The notes under the pieces: generated by a model
Database searches by the model: none
The model's input: only the letters and a program-made list of their open reading frames with translations
Told to the model about the DNA's origin: nothing
Made by a program: the position numbers and the translations under genes
Shown here: positions 53,221 to 64,000 of the stretch, one piece after another
Layout of the letters: every line of letters starts with the position of its first letter
How positions within the stretch are numbered: position 1 is the first letter of the stretch
From: Octopus vulgaris
Lineage: Eukaryota
Assembly: GCA_951406725.2 (NCBI GenBank)
Contig: OX597822.1
Span: 744,001-808,000 of the forward strand
Length of the DNA stretch: 64,000 nt
Direction: 5' to 3'

Positions 53221-54135
53221 GTAATAATAATAATAATGATAATAAATAATAATCCTTTCTTCTATCGGCAGAAGGCGTGAAATTTTGGGGTGGGAGCTAG
53301 AGCAAAGAGCGCAACTACGTATTCCATCGATCCTGAAATGTCGAAAGGTAAAGCAACTTCGACAGAATTTGAATTCAAAAAATTTTAGGACGGCTGATGC
53401 CAGAAATACGTGTGTACCCAGCAGATTACTGTCTTGTATTATGTTCCATCTTTACATTTTGATTTGAAATCCCACTGAGGGCAATTTTGTCGTTTTTTCT
53501 TCTCATTGTGGGTTAATCGTAATTAGCATCTTAGATCCTCCTGCAATCCATTCTGCTTCTTTCCCATAGATATTTAACCATGTGTCGTTGAACGAAACTG
53601 TTATTATATTTATTATTGTTATTATTAAGACAGCGAGCCAGCATAATCGTTAGCACGCTGGACAAAATGTCACCGTTTTTACGTGCTGGGTTCGAATTCC
53701 AACTAGGTTTAACTTCGCCTTTGATACTTTCGGGACCGATAAATTATGTACCTGTCAGGCAATGGGGTCTTTATAATCGACTTGCTCCATTCCCCAAGAT
53801 TTCAGGCCTTGTGCCTATAATAGAAAGGAAATGTATTATGGTAATTTGACAGATTCAATAGAGTATCGGAAAAATGGCTGGCGGTATTTGTTCTTGCTCT
53901 CTACATTCTGAGTTCAAATATGACTGGAGTCAACTTTGCCTTTCATACTTTCGGGGTCAGTAAAATAAGGTAGCAGCTAAGCATTGGAATCAATGGTATC
54001 AACTAACGCCCCTCCCTTGAAAAAATGTTAACCTTGAGCTAAAAATATTAACAAATAGCAAATTTAAGATGGCGAGCTGGTAGAAGAATATCTTTGCGGT
54101 ACTTGTTGAAGCTCTTTATGCCCTGAGTCCAAATT
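52950..54135. mobile_element. Cluster of family B SINE copies in both orientations
   Basis: Copies at ~52955-53175(-), 53250-53410(-), 53628-53830(+) and 53840-54050(+). Confidence 0.75.
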
Positions 54136-54136
54136 C

Positions 54137-54387
54137 TGGGTTGGTGCATAATTATTGCGGCTTTTTTTTCAACAACTTTCATTCAACAAAAACAATAACC
54201 ACATGTATCAAAAACATCTTTAAATGATTATTCCGGAGCATATTCACGATCTACTTCAATTACTGCTTCCCATTTGCTTGGCAGACGGTCATACCGTCAT
54301 TTAAAGATGTTTTTGTTAAATATTATTATTGTTCTTGTTGAATAAAATTTGTTGAAAAAAAGCCGTAATAATTTTGCACCAACCCAA
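54137..54387. mobile_element. Mariner-derived MITE
   Basis: TIR TTGGGTTGGTGCA(A/T)AATTATT(G/A)CGG resembles Hsmar1/MADE1 ends. Arms are ~90 bp. The minus-strand interior encodes DRLPSKWEAVIEVDREYAPE*, a mariner transposase C-terminus. Confidence 0.85.
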
Positions 54388-54637
54388 TAAAATAACAGTT
54401 AAATCGACTGACATCCCTTCTGCCTAAATAGGAAACAACTTTTTTAAATACAAATAGCTGTTATTATTGTGCTTGAGGTTGGGAGAGAAAGTCGTAATGA
54501 AGGGTGATAAGTTCCAAGAGATTGCAGCCTAAGAACAAGTTTCAGTTGCTTGAAGGCAGTACAGTTCACCCAGATTTATTAATATAGGAATAAGCAGAAT
54601 ATACTTCACAGAATCTCAATTCTGTTTTATTACAATA

Positions 54638-55009
54638 CTAGCAGTATCGCCCGGCGTTGCTCGGGTTTGGTTTCTTTTCGACCCTTTAGAATTGGAATTT
54701 TTGAAAAGTAAAAATTTTGCATTATGTAGCTTGTTAAGTGAACATTTTTCTGGTTGAAATAAACCGAAAAATGACGACACAGCAGTCAAAAAATCGTAAA
54801 AAATAGGGATTTTCATAGAAAAAAAGCACCTTTCTGATGTAAATAATTTTTGGCCTTAACATAGTCCGATTTGAATTTTTTCTTCTACGGAAAGAAGAGA
54901 AAGCCTTCTATCATACTCTCAATTTTGGTCAACTTGTACCGCAGGAGATAGTGTTAGGCTACCACCTGCCACACACACGCACAGACAACTTCAGTTTTAT
55001 GTGTATAGA
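54638..55009 (-). mobile_element. Complete non-autonomous Helitron (372 bp)
   Basis: A|TCTATACACATAAAAC...CCCGAGCAACGCCGGG hairpin...CTGCTAG|T, inserted in an AT dinucleotide with no TSD. Confidence 0.85.
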
Positions 55010-55104
55010 TTTGTGACATTGTGACGAAATATCGATATCATCATCACATTTATTATGATGCTGAAGAAATCAATATTTCAGTGATAATAATGATATTCGT
55101 TTAT

Positions 55105-55302
55105 TTTTTTACTTGTTTCAGTCATTTGACTGCGGCCAAGCTGGAGCACCGCCTTAAAAGAGTTTTAGTCGAAGAAATCGACCTCAGGACTTATTCTTTG
55201 TAAGCCTAGTACTTATTCTATCGGGCTCTTTTACCGAACCGCTATGTTACGGGTAAGAAAACATACCAGCATCGGGTTGTAAAGCGATGATTACAATCAC
55301 AG

Positions 55303-55342
<40 letters not shown>

Positions 55343-55735
55343 CAGGCTTCTTTCGGTTTTCGTCTACCAGAAACGTTAGCACGCCGGGCGAAATGCGTAG
55401 CCGTATATCGTCTGCCGTTACGTTCTGAGTTCAAATTCCGCCGAGGTCAACTTTGCCTTTCGTCCTTTGGGCGTCGATAAATTAAGTACCAGTTACGCAC
55501 CGGGGTCGATGTAATCGATTTAATCCGTTTGTCTATCCTTGTTTGTCCCCTCTGTGTTTAGCCCCTTGTGGGTAGTAAAGAAATAGGTTTTCCTCTACTA
55601 AATCCACTTACAAGGCCTTGGTCGGCCTGAGGATATAGTAGAAGACACTTGCTCAAGGTACCACGCAGGGGGGCGGAAGCCGGAACCATGTGGTTGGGAA
55701 GCAAGCTTCTTAGCCACAGCCACGCCTTCGCCTAT
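55105..55735 (-). mobile_element. SINE family A interrupted by a family B SINE
   Basis: Family A halves lie on both sides of 55370-55585. Confidence 0.85.
55370..55585 (+). mobile_element. SINE family B with 15-bp TSD
   Basis: TSD GGTTTTCGTCTACCA / GGTTTTCCTCTACTA (55355-55369, 55586-55600). Confidence 0.88.
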
Positions 55736-56827
55736 AATAGGATAGTAGGATATCATAGTAATTATAATGCTGTAATCATATTATAATGATTATAATGGTA
55801 ATGGTGATTATGATGATGACGATGACGCCAACTCCTAGGATGCTACTGCTGTTGAGGATGACTAACAGTAGTGATGGTGATGATAATAATGATGACGATG
55901 GAGGCGATGATGGTGGTGATGATGATAACCATGATGATGAACATTGCGACAACGACGACGACGGCGATGATGATGACGACGACGACGACGATAATGATAA
56001 TGAGGATGATGATGAGAATGATAATGAGGATGATGATGATGGTAAAGAAAGTGATCCCAACAATGATGATGATAATAATGATCATGATTATGTTGATGCG
56101 ATGATGGCGATGTTTACGTTGATAGTGATGATGCTGTGGCTGATAAGAACTAAAGGGAGGAAGTGGAAGTTTCGGATATTGTGGATTAAGATGATGAGGA
56201 TGGTGGTGGGAATGACTAACGAGTGATGTGGATAAATAATGTGTGGAGAAAGAAAGAAAGAAAGAAAGAAAGGGAGACAGAAATAAAGATGTCTCCAATA
56301 TTATTTATTGCTGACAAAGTAGGAGAAAATGACGCAAGGTAGAAGCAGGAGGAGGAAGAGGACGACTAGAAGGAGGATCAGGAAGAGGAGCGGGAGGAAA
56401 AGAAAAAGCAAGGAAGAGGAAGGTGCAATAGGAAGGAGACGAGAGAGAAACCGATGGAGCAAGATGGTGTCGGAGCATGATATGAAGATTGATGGAAGTG
56501 GGAAGAAGGAATATTGTAAGGTGAGACACAAGACGTAGAGGAGTTGACAGGAAGGACATGGCCTGATTGTTTTAACACGTAATTCATTGACTTCCGGTGT
56601 TATAATACGACATTGTTATTATATCAAAGTGATACTAATCTGATGCTGTTATTATCACTTACTCTTCCTATTGTCGCTAATATAATTGTTGAAGTTGTTG
56701 CTGTCGTCGTGTTGGTCGTCTTTGTTGTCTCTGATGTATAGTAGCCCCTCCTCTCAGGTCAGTCCAAATCAAGCAGTCCCTTGATAGAAAGCGTTTCATT
56801 AATGGCCAACCCTCACTTTTGTTGACA

Positions 56828-56992
56828 TAGGAGCAGGCGTGGCTGTGTGGTAAGAAGTTTGCTTCACAGCCACATGGTCCCGAGTTCGGTCCCACTGCAC
56901 AGCTCCTTGGGCAAGTGTCTTCTACCATAGCCTCGGGTCAACCAAGTCTTTGTGAGTAGATTTGATAGACAGAAACTGAAACAAGCCTGTCG

Positions 56993-57044
<52 letters not shown>

Positions 57045-57354
57045 CGTAGGCGCAATGGCCCAGTGGTTAGGGCATCGATTCCCAAACCGGGCGTTGTGAG
57101 TGTTTATTGGGCGAAAACACCTAAAAGCTCCATGACGCTCCGGCAAGGGGGGGGGTGATCTCTGCTGTACTCTTTCACCACTCTTTCTCCCACTCTTTCT
57201 TCTGTTGGCCTGCTCGCTTAGCCAGCGGGGTGGCTTCATTCGAAGGCTAAAACAATGCGAACGCATTGTGACCAGCGATGTGTAACAACATCTGATGGTC
57301 TGGTCGGTCACGTGATCACATGATATATACATATATAAAAATATATATATATAT

Positions 57355-57435
<81 letters not shown>

Positions 57436-57478
57436 CATATATATATACATATATATATATTCACGACAGGCTTGTTTC

Positions 57479-57527
<49 letters not shown>

Positions 57528-57725
57528 TGTGTGTGATTGTTTCCATCATCACTTGACAGCCGGTGTTGGTGTGTTTGCGTCCCCGTAACTTAGCGTAAGT
57601 TCAGCACAAGAGACCGGTAGAGTAAATACCAGGCTTAAAAATAAGTACTGGGATTCATTCTTGAAGGCGGTGCCCCAACATGGCCACAGTATAATGACTG
57701 AACCAAGTGAATGATAAAAGATAAA
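56828..57725 (+). mobile_element. SINE family A with a nested SINE in its internal microsatellite
   Basis: Head at 56828-56996, tail at 57535-57725. Confidence 0.85.
57049..57323 (+). mobile_element. SINE family C variant
   Basis: GGCGCAATGGCCCAGTGGTTAGGGCA head. Body shared with 27557-27740 and tail shared with 490-600(-). Confidence 0.85.
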
Positions 57726-58107
57726 ACATACTGTATCGAAGTCTACAATTTTTGGTCGGACCCTTCATTTTTAAAATGTTAGTCATATAATTTGATGGAT
57801 GTTTGGTTGCTATTTCTTCACCGATGTACCTCCAGGGTACCTATTTAAAAGGGAAAGAGAGATAGGGAGAGAGAGGGGGAGAGTGGCTTTGTGTTTGTCC
57901 CTGTCGGAGTCACTTAGAGGTACATTAGAAGTAGGTGAAAAAATAAATACTGGTCATTCGACTGCTGTCTCAAGATTGCTACATTCCAATGTCGGACACA
58001 AGTAATGAAAAAGGAATAAGAGAATGTATGCGTGCGTGTGTATGTGCGTTTGTATATGTACGCATGGTTGTGTGAACATTTAAAATCGGAGATACACACA
58101 CACACAC

Positions 58108-58195
<88 letters not shown>

Positions 58196-58412
58196 GAAAT
58201 GCTCGTAGCCACTTCAACATGACTGTCCGTTCGAACGGACTTTACTGCGATTTTTTTAACCCCAAGAAGACATCTCCTCTAGCTGGTCAACGATGCACAG
58301 CTACATCCGAGATATTACGAGCAGGGGAGCGAACCCCTACCAACTTCTAGCAACAGGATCCGCAGACCAGCCTGGTTTCGGGCTATTTCCTCGTCTGCTA
58401 ACATATATATAT

Positions 58413-58478
<66 letters not shown>

Positions 58479-58619
58479 GCACACTCTACAGATATACATA
58501 TATTGAACACCTTTATCCTCGCTTATAAATTACCTCAATCATTATACGTATATATTCTTCCCCCTCTTCACACAAACACTTAGATAAATGGATTAATACA
58601 ACTTTAGCTTTGAAGTACT

Positions 58620-61600
58620 CTTTCATGGAGCGAGTATTCTCTACCAAAGTAAGTAAAAAAATCGCCAGATACGGCATTAAAAGCTGTTAACGAAATCGGT
58701 GATGAGTATTTACAACAGTGTGATGAACGCACATACTGGCAGATTAACGCCTGTCTATATACTCTGGCTACTACAGTAAAACAGTCCATGAATGATATTC
58801 AAAAAGTAAATGAAATCGAAGCAACAAAGAAAGTACCATCATGGGTTCTGATGGCAGAGAAAACGAATACAGGTTTTAGGGACACCATCAGTCATGTAAT
58901 AATGCTTATTGCATGCAAACAAGCAAATCACTATACATCCGACCAATAGAAAGTAAAGGAGATAGAGATGCTTGGAGACAGCAAAAGAGGACACTCACTT
59001 GCAAACAGATCAGCCTCAAGCAGGAGCTAAAAACTGTCAGTGAAAAACTCCGACATCAGAAGAGAATAACTGAGAGAAGATCAATAAACAAAAAATTTAA
59101 CCGCAGGCAGCAGTACACAGAGACATGAGAGGAGGAGCAGTGAATATCATGGAAGCTCCTTCACGAGAAGACATAGACTCCTTCTGGAGGAAAATCTGGA
59201 TTGAAGAGAAGGAATTTAACCAAGATGCTCAGTGGCTGGAAGAAATTCGAAAAAGGTATTGCTCCTGCGTTACATCCAAGACATACAACATTCATGGTGA
59301 AACTCTTGCAACTGTGATCCAGAAACTCCAGGATGGAAAAGCACGCGGAAGAGACTTGATTGTTGGATATTGGTACAAGAAGCTAACATTCTACCGACCC
59401 TATCTTATCAATCTGTACCAGCAAGCTTTCATTGGGAACAATTGCATACCACACTGGTTAGCTCTGACAGAGACAAAATTGATCCACTGATGCAGAAACA
59501 CCCGCATGGCAAAAAACTACCGGCCAATTGCATGCCAGAAATTAATGTACAAGATATATACAGTATGTTTAAACCTCTTCCTCCAGGGCCATTGTGAAAC
59601 CAATATTATCACGGCAGAACAAGCATTTGGGAGGAAGGGAGTTTGTGGATATGCCGAGAAATTATTAATTAACAAAAACTGTGATGTGAAAGGTGCGCGA
59701 GCGTAGGTGGAACATAGTTTCAATGTGGCTAGACTACAAGAAAGCCTTTGACTCTGTTCCCCACTCATAGATGCTAGAAGCCATTCAACTTTCTAAAGTT
59801 CCAGTGACAATAGTTAAAGCCATAACTGACCTGACTTCATCGTGGGCCTCTATATTGAAATTAAACACAAAGAGTGACTGTATTATTACCGATAGAATCG
59901 CAAAGGCATATTGCAAGGAGACAGCCTCTCTGTGATGTTGTTTATACTTTCTGTAAACCCCTTGTCATTCATGTTGAGGAATTCTGAAGGATATCTCTCT
60001 GGTTCACAAGGAAACCGAAATACCAAAATTACACACTGTTTCTTTGTAGATGACTTAAAACTTTATGCAAAAAATACGCATGAGATGAAAAAGAGCCTTG
60101 ATCTAGTTACAACATTCTCAAAAGATGTGGGGTTGGAGTTTGGTCAGGATAAATGTTGTTATATGGTTGTGAAAAGGGGGAAAACTATAAACTAAACTAG
60201 TAACATCTCCATCTATGATTTGTTTGACTGTTTCCCATGTATCTGAGAGTAATGTTACAGGTATCTAGGGGTAGATGAAAATATATCTTACAATGGCACC
60301 TGTAACAAAACACGTGTCACTAAAGAATATTACAGCCGAATAAAGAAAATTTGGACCTCAGAACTCTCTGCATTCAATAAAACAGTGGCCCACAATGTGT
60401 TTGCAGTGCCAGTACTCATACCAACATCTGGGCTGCTTGATTGGACGCTTGCTGAGATCCGAGCTATTGATGTGAAAATCCGAAAAATACTAACAAGCAC
60501 ACATAATTTCTACATAAATAGTGACGTAGACCACATCTCCCTAAAACGAAAACAAAACGGCAGAGGCTTAACATCGATCCAAACGCCTTTGAATGTCGCA
60601 TCATATCCCTTCGGAAACATATTTTAACCACCAAGTATCGAAGTGCATCCCTTGACCAAGTTTGTATACATGAGGCTTAAAATATCATAAGACTTGGAAG
60701 GCAGCTCCTTGAGCAACACTTTTTGATAACCTAGAATACATGTCCAAAGTAGTCTCACGACTCTACGGCAACGTATCATCAGATGAAGGATGAGCCTATA
60801 TGAGCAGAAGACTCAGCATGGATATGTTAGTTGAAAGCTCCGTGATGATAGTAACATCGATCATCAAAGCAGTATATCATAGACCAATACTACCTCCTAC
60901 TTTGAGGGGTATGCGTTTGCAGTCCAGGAACAGGAAATATAAACCTAGTACCTGATGCACAAAAGGGATAGAGATGCAGGAAAGCAATAAAATGTGACAA
61001 ACGATGAAGGCTTTCTGGGGTTAACATCGAAGATATTACCCACATCATAAGCAGTTGTCTGAAAATGTCATCACGGTTTTATCTACATGATGTTGTAGCT
61101 AGGACACCATATAATGAAATCCGTCGGAAGGATAATTCCGAGGACAAAGAAATAAGAACACACAATATGGTAGAAGCCATAGTCACTCATAATAAAAAGG
61201 AATACTGGTGGAATGTCCCAGTGAAGACCTCAGTAAAATGTAAGTAAAACAGACCTGATATAATGATCTGGGATAGAGAAGAGAATCTGCACAGTTGTGG
61301 AAATTAGCTGCCCAGCGGATGTTGACATAAAACTGAAGATCAGTGAAAAAGAGAACACCTATGCTAAACTAATGAAAAATCTACAGTTACCCTATCTAGG
61401 TTACAACTTCAGGATTATACCTGTAATTATTGGGACCCTGGTATATGTAACACACTGCCTAAATAGCAATCTTGAGAAATTAGGCCTCTCAAAACCAGAA
61501 AGTAGAAAGCTAATTCGAAGTCTACATATCCAATCCATCACTGGAACTGTAAAAATCTGTAATAACTTTCCAGAAGTTTAACATTTAAATATATATGAGC

Positions 61601-61868
61601 ATGTCTAGAAATGCAACTATATGCATGAGAATACATACATAAAACATACAAATCTGCACATACATACATACATACATACATACATACATACATACATACA
61701 TACATACATACATACATACATGCATGCATACATACAGACATACAGACAGACAGACAGACAAACAAAAATACCCTGTTGTTGATGCTGAAATTCCATTGAA
61801 GGAGCCTTGGATCTAGGTTAGAAACCGGCTCTTTTTATTGGCAAGAAATCTTGAAATAAACTGAATAA
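58620..61868 (+). mobile_element. R4/Dong-clade non-LTR retrotransposon (RT plus restriction-like endonuclease), decayed
   Basis: Motifs NYRPIAC, WLDYKKAFDSVPH, LQGDSLS..LFILSVNPL, HCFFVDDLKLY, RYLG, GRGLTSI, EDITHIISSC and RPDIMIWD..VEISCP. Many stops and frameshifts. The 3' UTR contains (TACA)n and ends AATAAACTGAATAATG before (AC)n. Confidence 0.9.
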
Positions 61869-61869
61869 T

Positions 61870-61933
<64 letters not shown>

Positions 61934-62769
61934 AACATATATATATCAAAATAATCTGAATCTAAATTTTACTGAACTATATATATATATATATGTGTAT
62001 GTGTGTATATATATATATAAAATTACATTCATAGATATGTATATATGACTGTGTGCATGTGTGTGTGTGTGTGTGCATGTGCATGTGTGCGTGTATGTAA
62101 ATATATATGTATATACCGTTATTTTGATATTTCCTCTGTACATTTCCTAAGAAAACATTACGATACATCTCCTCTTCATAGGAAATTATGACGAAAAATT
62201 ATTCCTTTCAAATATGAAAGAAACAAAAGCTAAAGTACGTAAGAAGAAAAGTAACAAAAACTAAAAAATATAAGAAGAAAAAAGGTAAATAATAAAAGTA
62301 AAGATTCTAAGATAGATAGAACTAGGGTTTTAAAGCTAAATTTCCTTTGGTAAACAATAAAACAAAACCCAGCCCCAGAGCCAACAGGAAAAAATGTCCT
62401 GCAAAATAAATAAAAGAAGTATTATATAAAAATACTCAAATTTAGTGTAAGCCAATAAAAAGAAGAAAAGAGATGAATTTCCTTCTACCTACATAAAACG
62501 TAAATAAGAAACAAATGATGAGAAGATAAAAAAAAAATCAAAAATATTTGATTCCTATTATTGTTGTTGAGATCGAAACAGCTTATTTCCGGCCTTGCTT
62601 AGCTTCTATTTGGAAGTATCTATTTATTTGATATCTTCGATTAAAACAGATATACTTGTGTTACCTTAAAATTATATACAGAAACGAAAACGCTAACGGA
62701 TAGCCTAACCGACCACTAAACAAACAGTTTCAAAAAGACAATAAACAATAATAACTCTAAGAAATGATA

Positions 62770-63520
62770 CTTTCTGCTATAGGCACAAGGTTTCAAATTC
62801 TGTGGGTGGGGGCACTAGCCGATTACATCGACCTCAAAAGAATAATCGACCTCAGGGGAATTTGAACTCAGAACGGTAAGACGGACGAAATGTCGCTACA
62901 AATTTTGCCCGGCGTGCTAACGATTCTGCAAGGCCTGAAATTTTGGGGGTGGGGACTAGTCGATTACATCAACCTCAGTGTTTCACTGGTGCTTTATTTA
63001 TCGACTCCGAAAGTAAAGTCGGCCTCGGTGTAGTTTGCACTCAGAATGTAAAGGCGGACGAATTGCCACTAAGCATTCTACCCGGCGTCCTAACGATTCT
63101 TATTTCTTTATTGCCCACAAGGGACTAAACAGAGGGGACAAACAAAGATAGATAAAGGGATTAAGTCGATTACAGCGACCCCAGTGCGTAACTGGTACTT
63201 AATTTATCGACCCCGAAAGGATGAAAGGCAAAGTCGCCCTCGGCGGAATTTGAACTCAGAACGTATCGGCAGACGAAATACCTATTTTTTCACTACCCAC
63301 AAGGGGCTAAACACAGAGAGGACAAACAAGGACAGAGAAACGGATTAAGTCGATTATATCGACACCAGTCCGTAACTGGTACTTATTTAATCGACCACGG
63401 AAGGATGAAAGGCAAAGTCGACCTTGGCAGAATTTGAACTCAGAACGTAGCGGCAGACGAAATATCACTAAGGATTTCGTCCGCCGTCCTAACGATTCTG
63501 CTAGCACGCCACCTTAACAA
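62770..63520 (-). mobile_element. Array of family B SINE copies, including a dimer
   Basis: Four GAATTTGAACTCAGAAC-type modules. 63100-63515 has the same internal dimer junction as 44538-44892. Confidence 0.85.
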
Positions 63521-63799
63521 TAAGAAATAATAACAGCAAAAATAACATTGTTTGAGGAAGCTCATATGTGATTGATCTGGGTTGCTAGATAAAGCAGTCG
63601 AATCTCCCTCTGAGCAAACACCAGCTGTTTCAGAAGCAGACCACCCACCACCGCTACAAAACCAAACCAAAAGACAAAAAAGATTTTGTCCTTCCTGGTA
63701 CCGCTGACGCACGGAAAGAAACGGGAAGGTTACGAATGAAATGCCGTTTATCGTAGACATGGTGCACCAGGGAAAACCTGGAGCTAATGTTAATGATGG

Positions 63800-63955
63800 T
63801 TTTACGTTCGGAATTCAAATTCTGCCGAGGTCGACTTTGCCTTCCACCCTTTCACAGGCGATAAAATAAGTACCAGTTGAGCACTGGGGTCGATGTAATC
63901 GACTTATTCTCTGTCCCGAAATGGCTGGCCTAGTGCCAACATTTGAAACCAATAT
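63800..63955 (+). mobile_element. SINE family B fragment
   Basis: TTCAAATTCTGCCGAGGTCGACTTTGCC...AAGTACCAGTTGAGCACTGGGGTCGATG. Confidence 0.8.
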
Positions 63956-64000
63956 TAACGATAGTTTTAATATTTCGGCAAAAGATCAGCAATTTTTGAG

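Noticed and set aside
55786-56540. Acidic poly-D ORF and Arg/Lys-rich ORF
   Set aside because: Degenerate GAT/GAC and purine-rich simple repeats, with no splice or homology support.

Overview
This is AT-rich, extremely microsatellite-dense animal DNA with no recognisable host protein-coding exon. Almost all ORFs in the track are translations of (TA)n, (TATG)n, (CA)n, (TATC)n or trinucleotide runs. The SINE families and repeat landscape look like a coleoid cephalopod (Octopus-like) intronic or intergenic region; this is an inference. Real coding remnants are all decayed transposons: a Penelope-like element (RT plus GIY-YIG), an RTE LINE with a long target-site duplication, two R4/Dong-clade LINE copies, an L1/Tx1-like ORF1, Helitron fragments and mariner fragments. 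There are also many tRNA-derived SINEs (three families, often nested) and several MITEs. The most notable signal is a set of type I hammerhead ribozyme (HHR) motifs in sequence-unrelated non-coding elements: (i) a 546-bp head-to-tail repeat with one HHR per unit, resembling a retrozyme (34005-34975); (ii) a near-perfect ~370-bp fold-back pairing an intact HHR with an antisense, core-mutated copy (48151-48523); (iii) a canonical HHR at 44401-44489; and (iv) further palindromic or decayed HHR relics.
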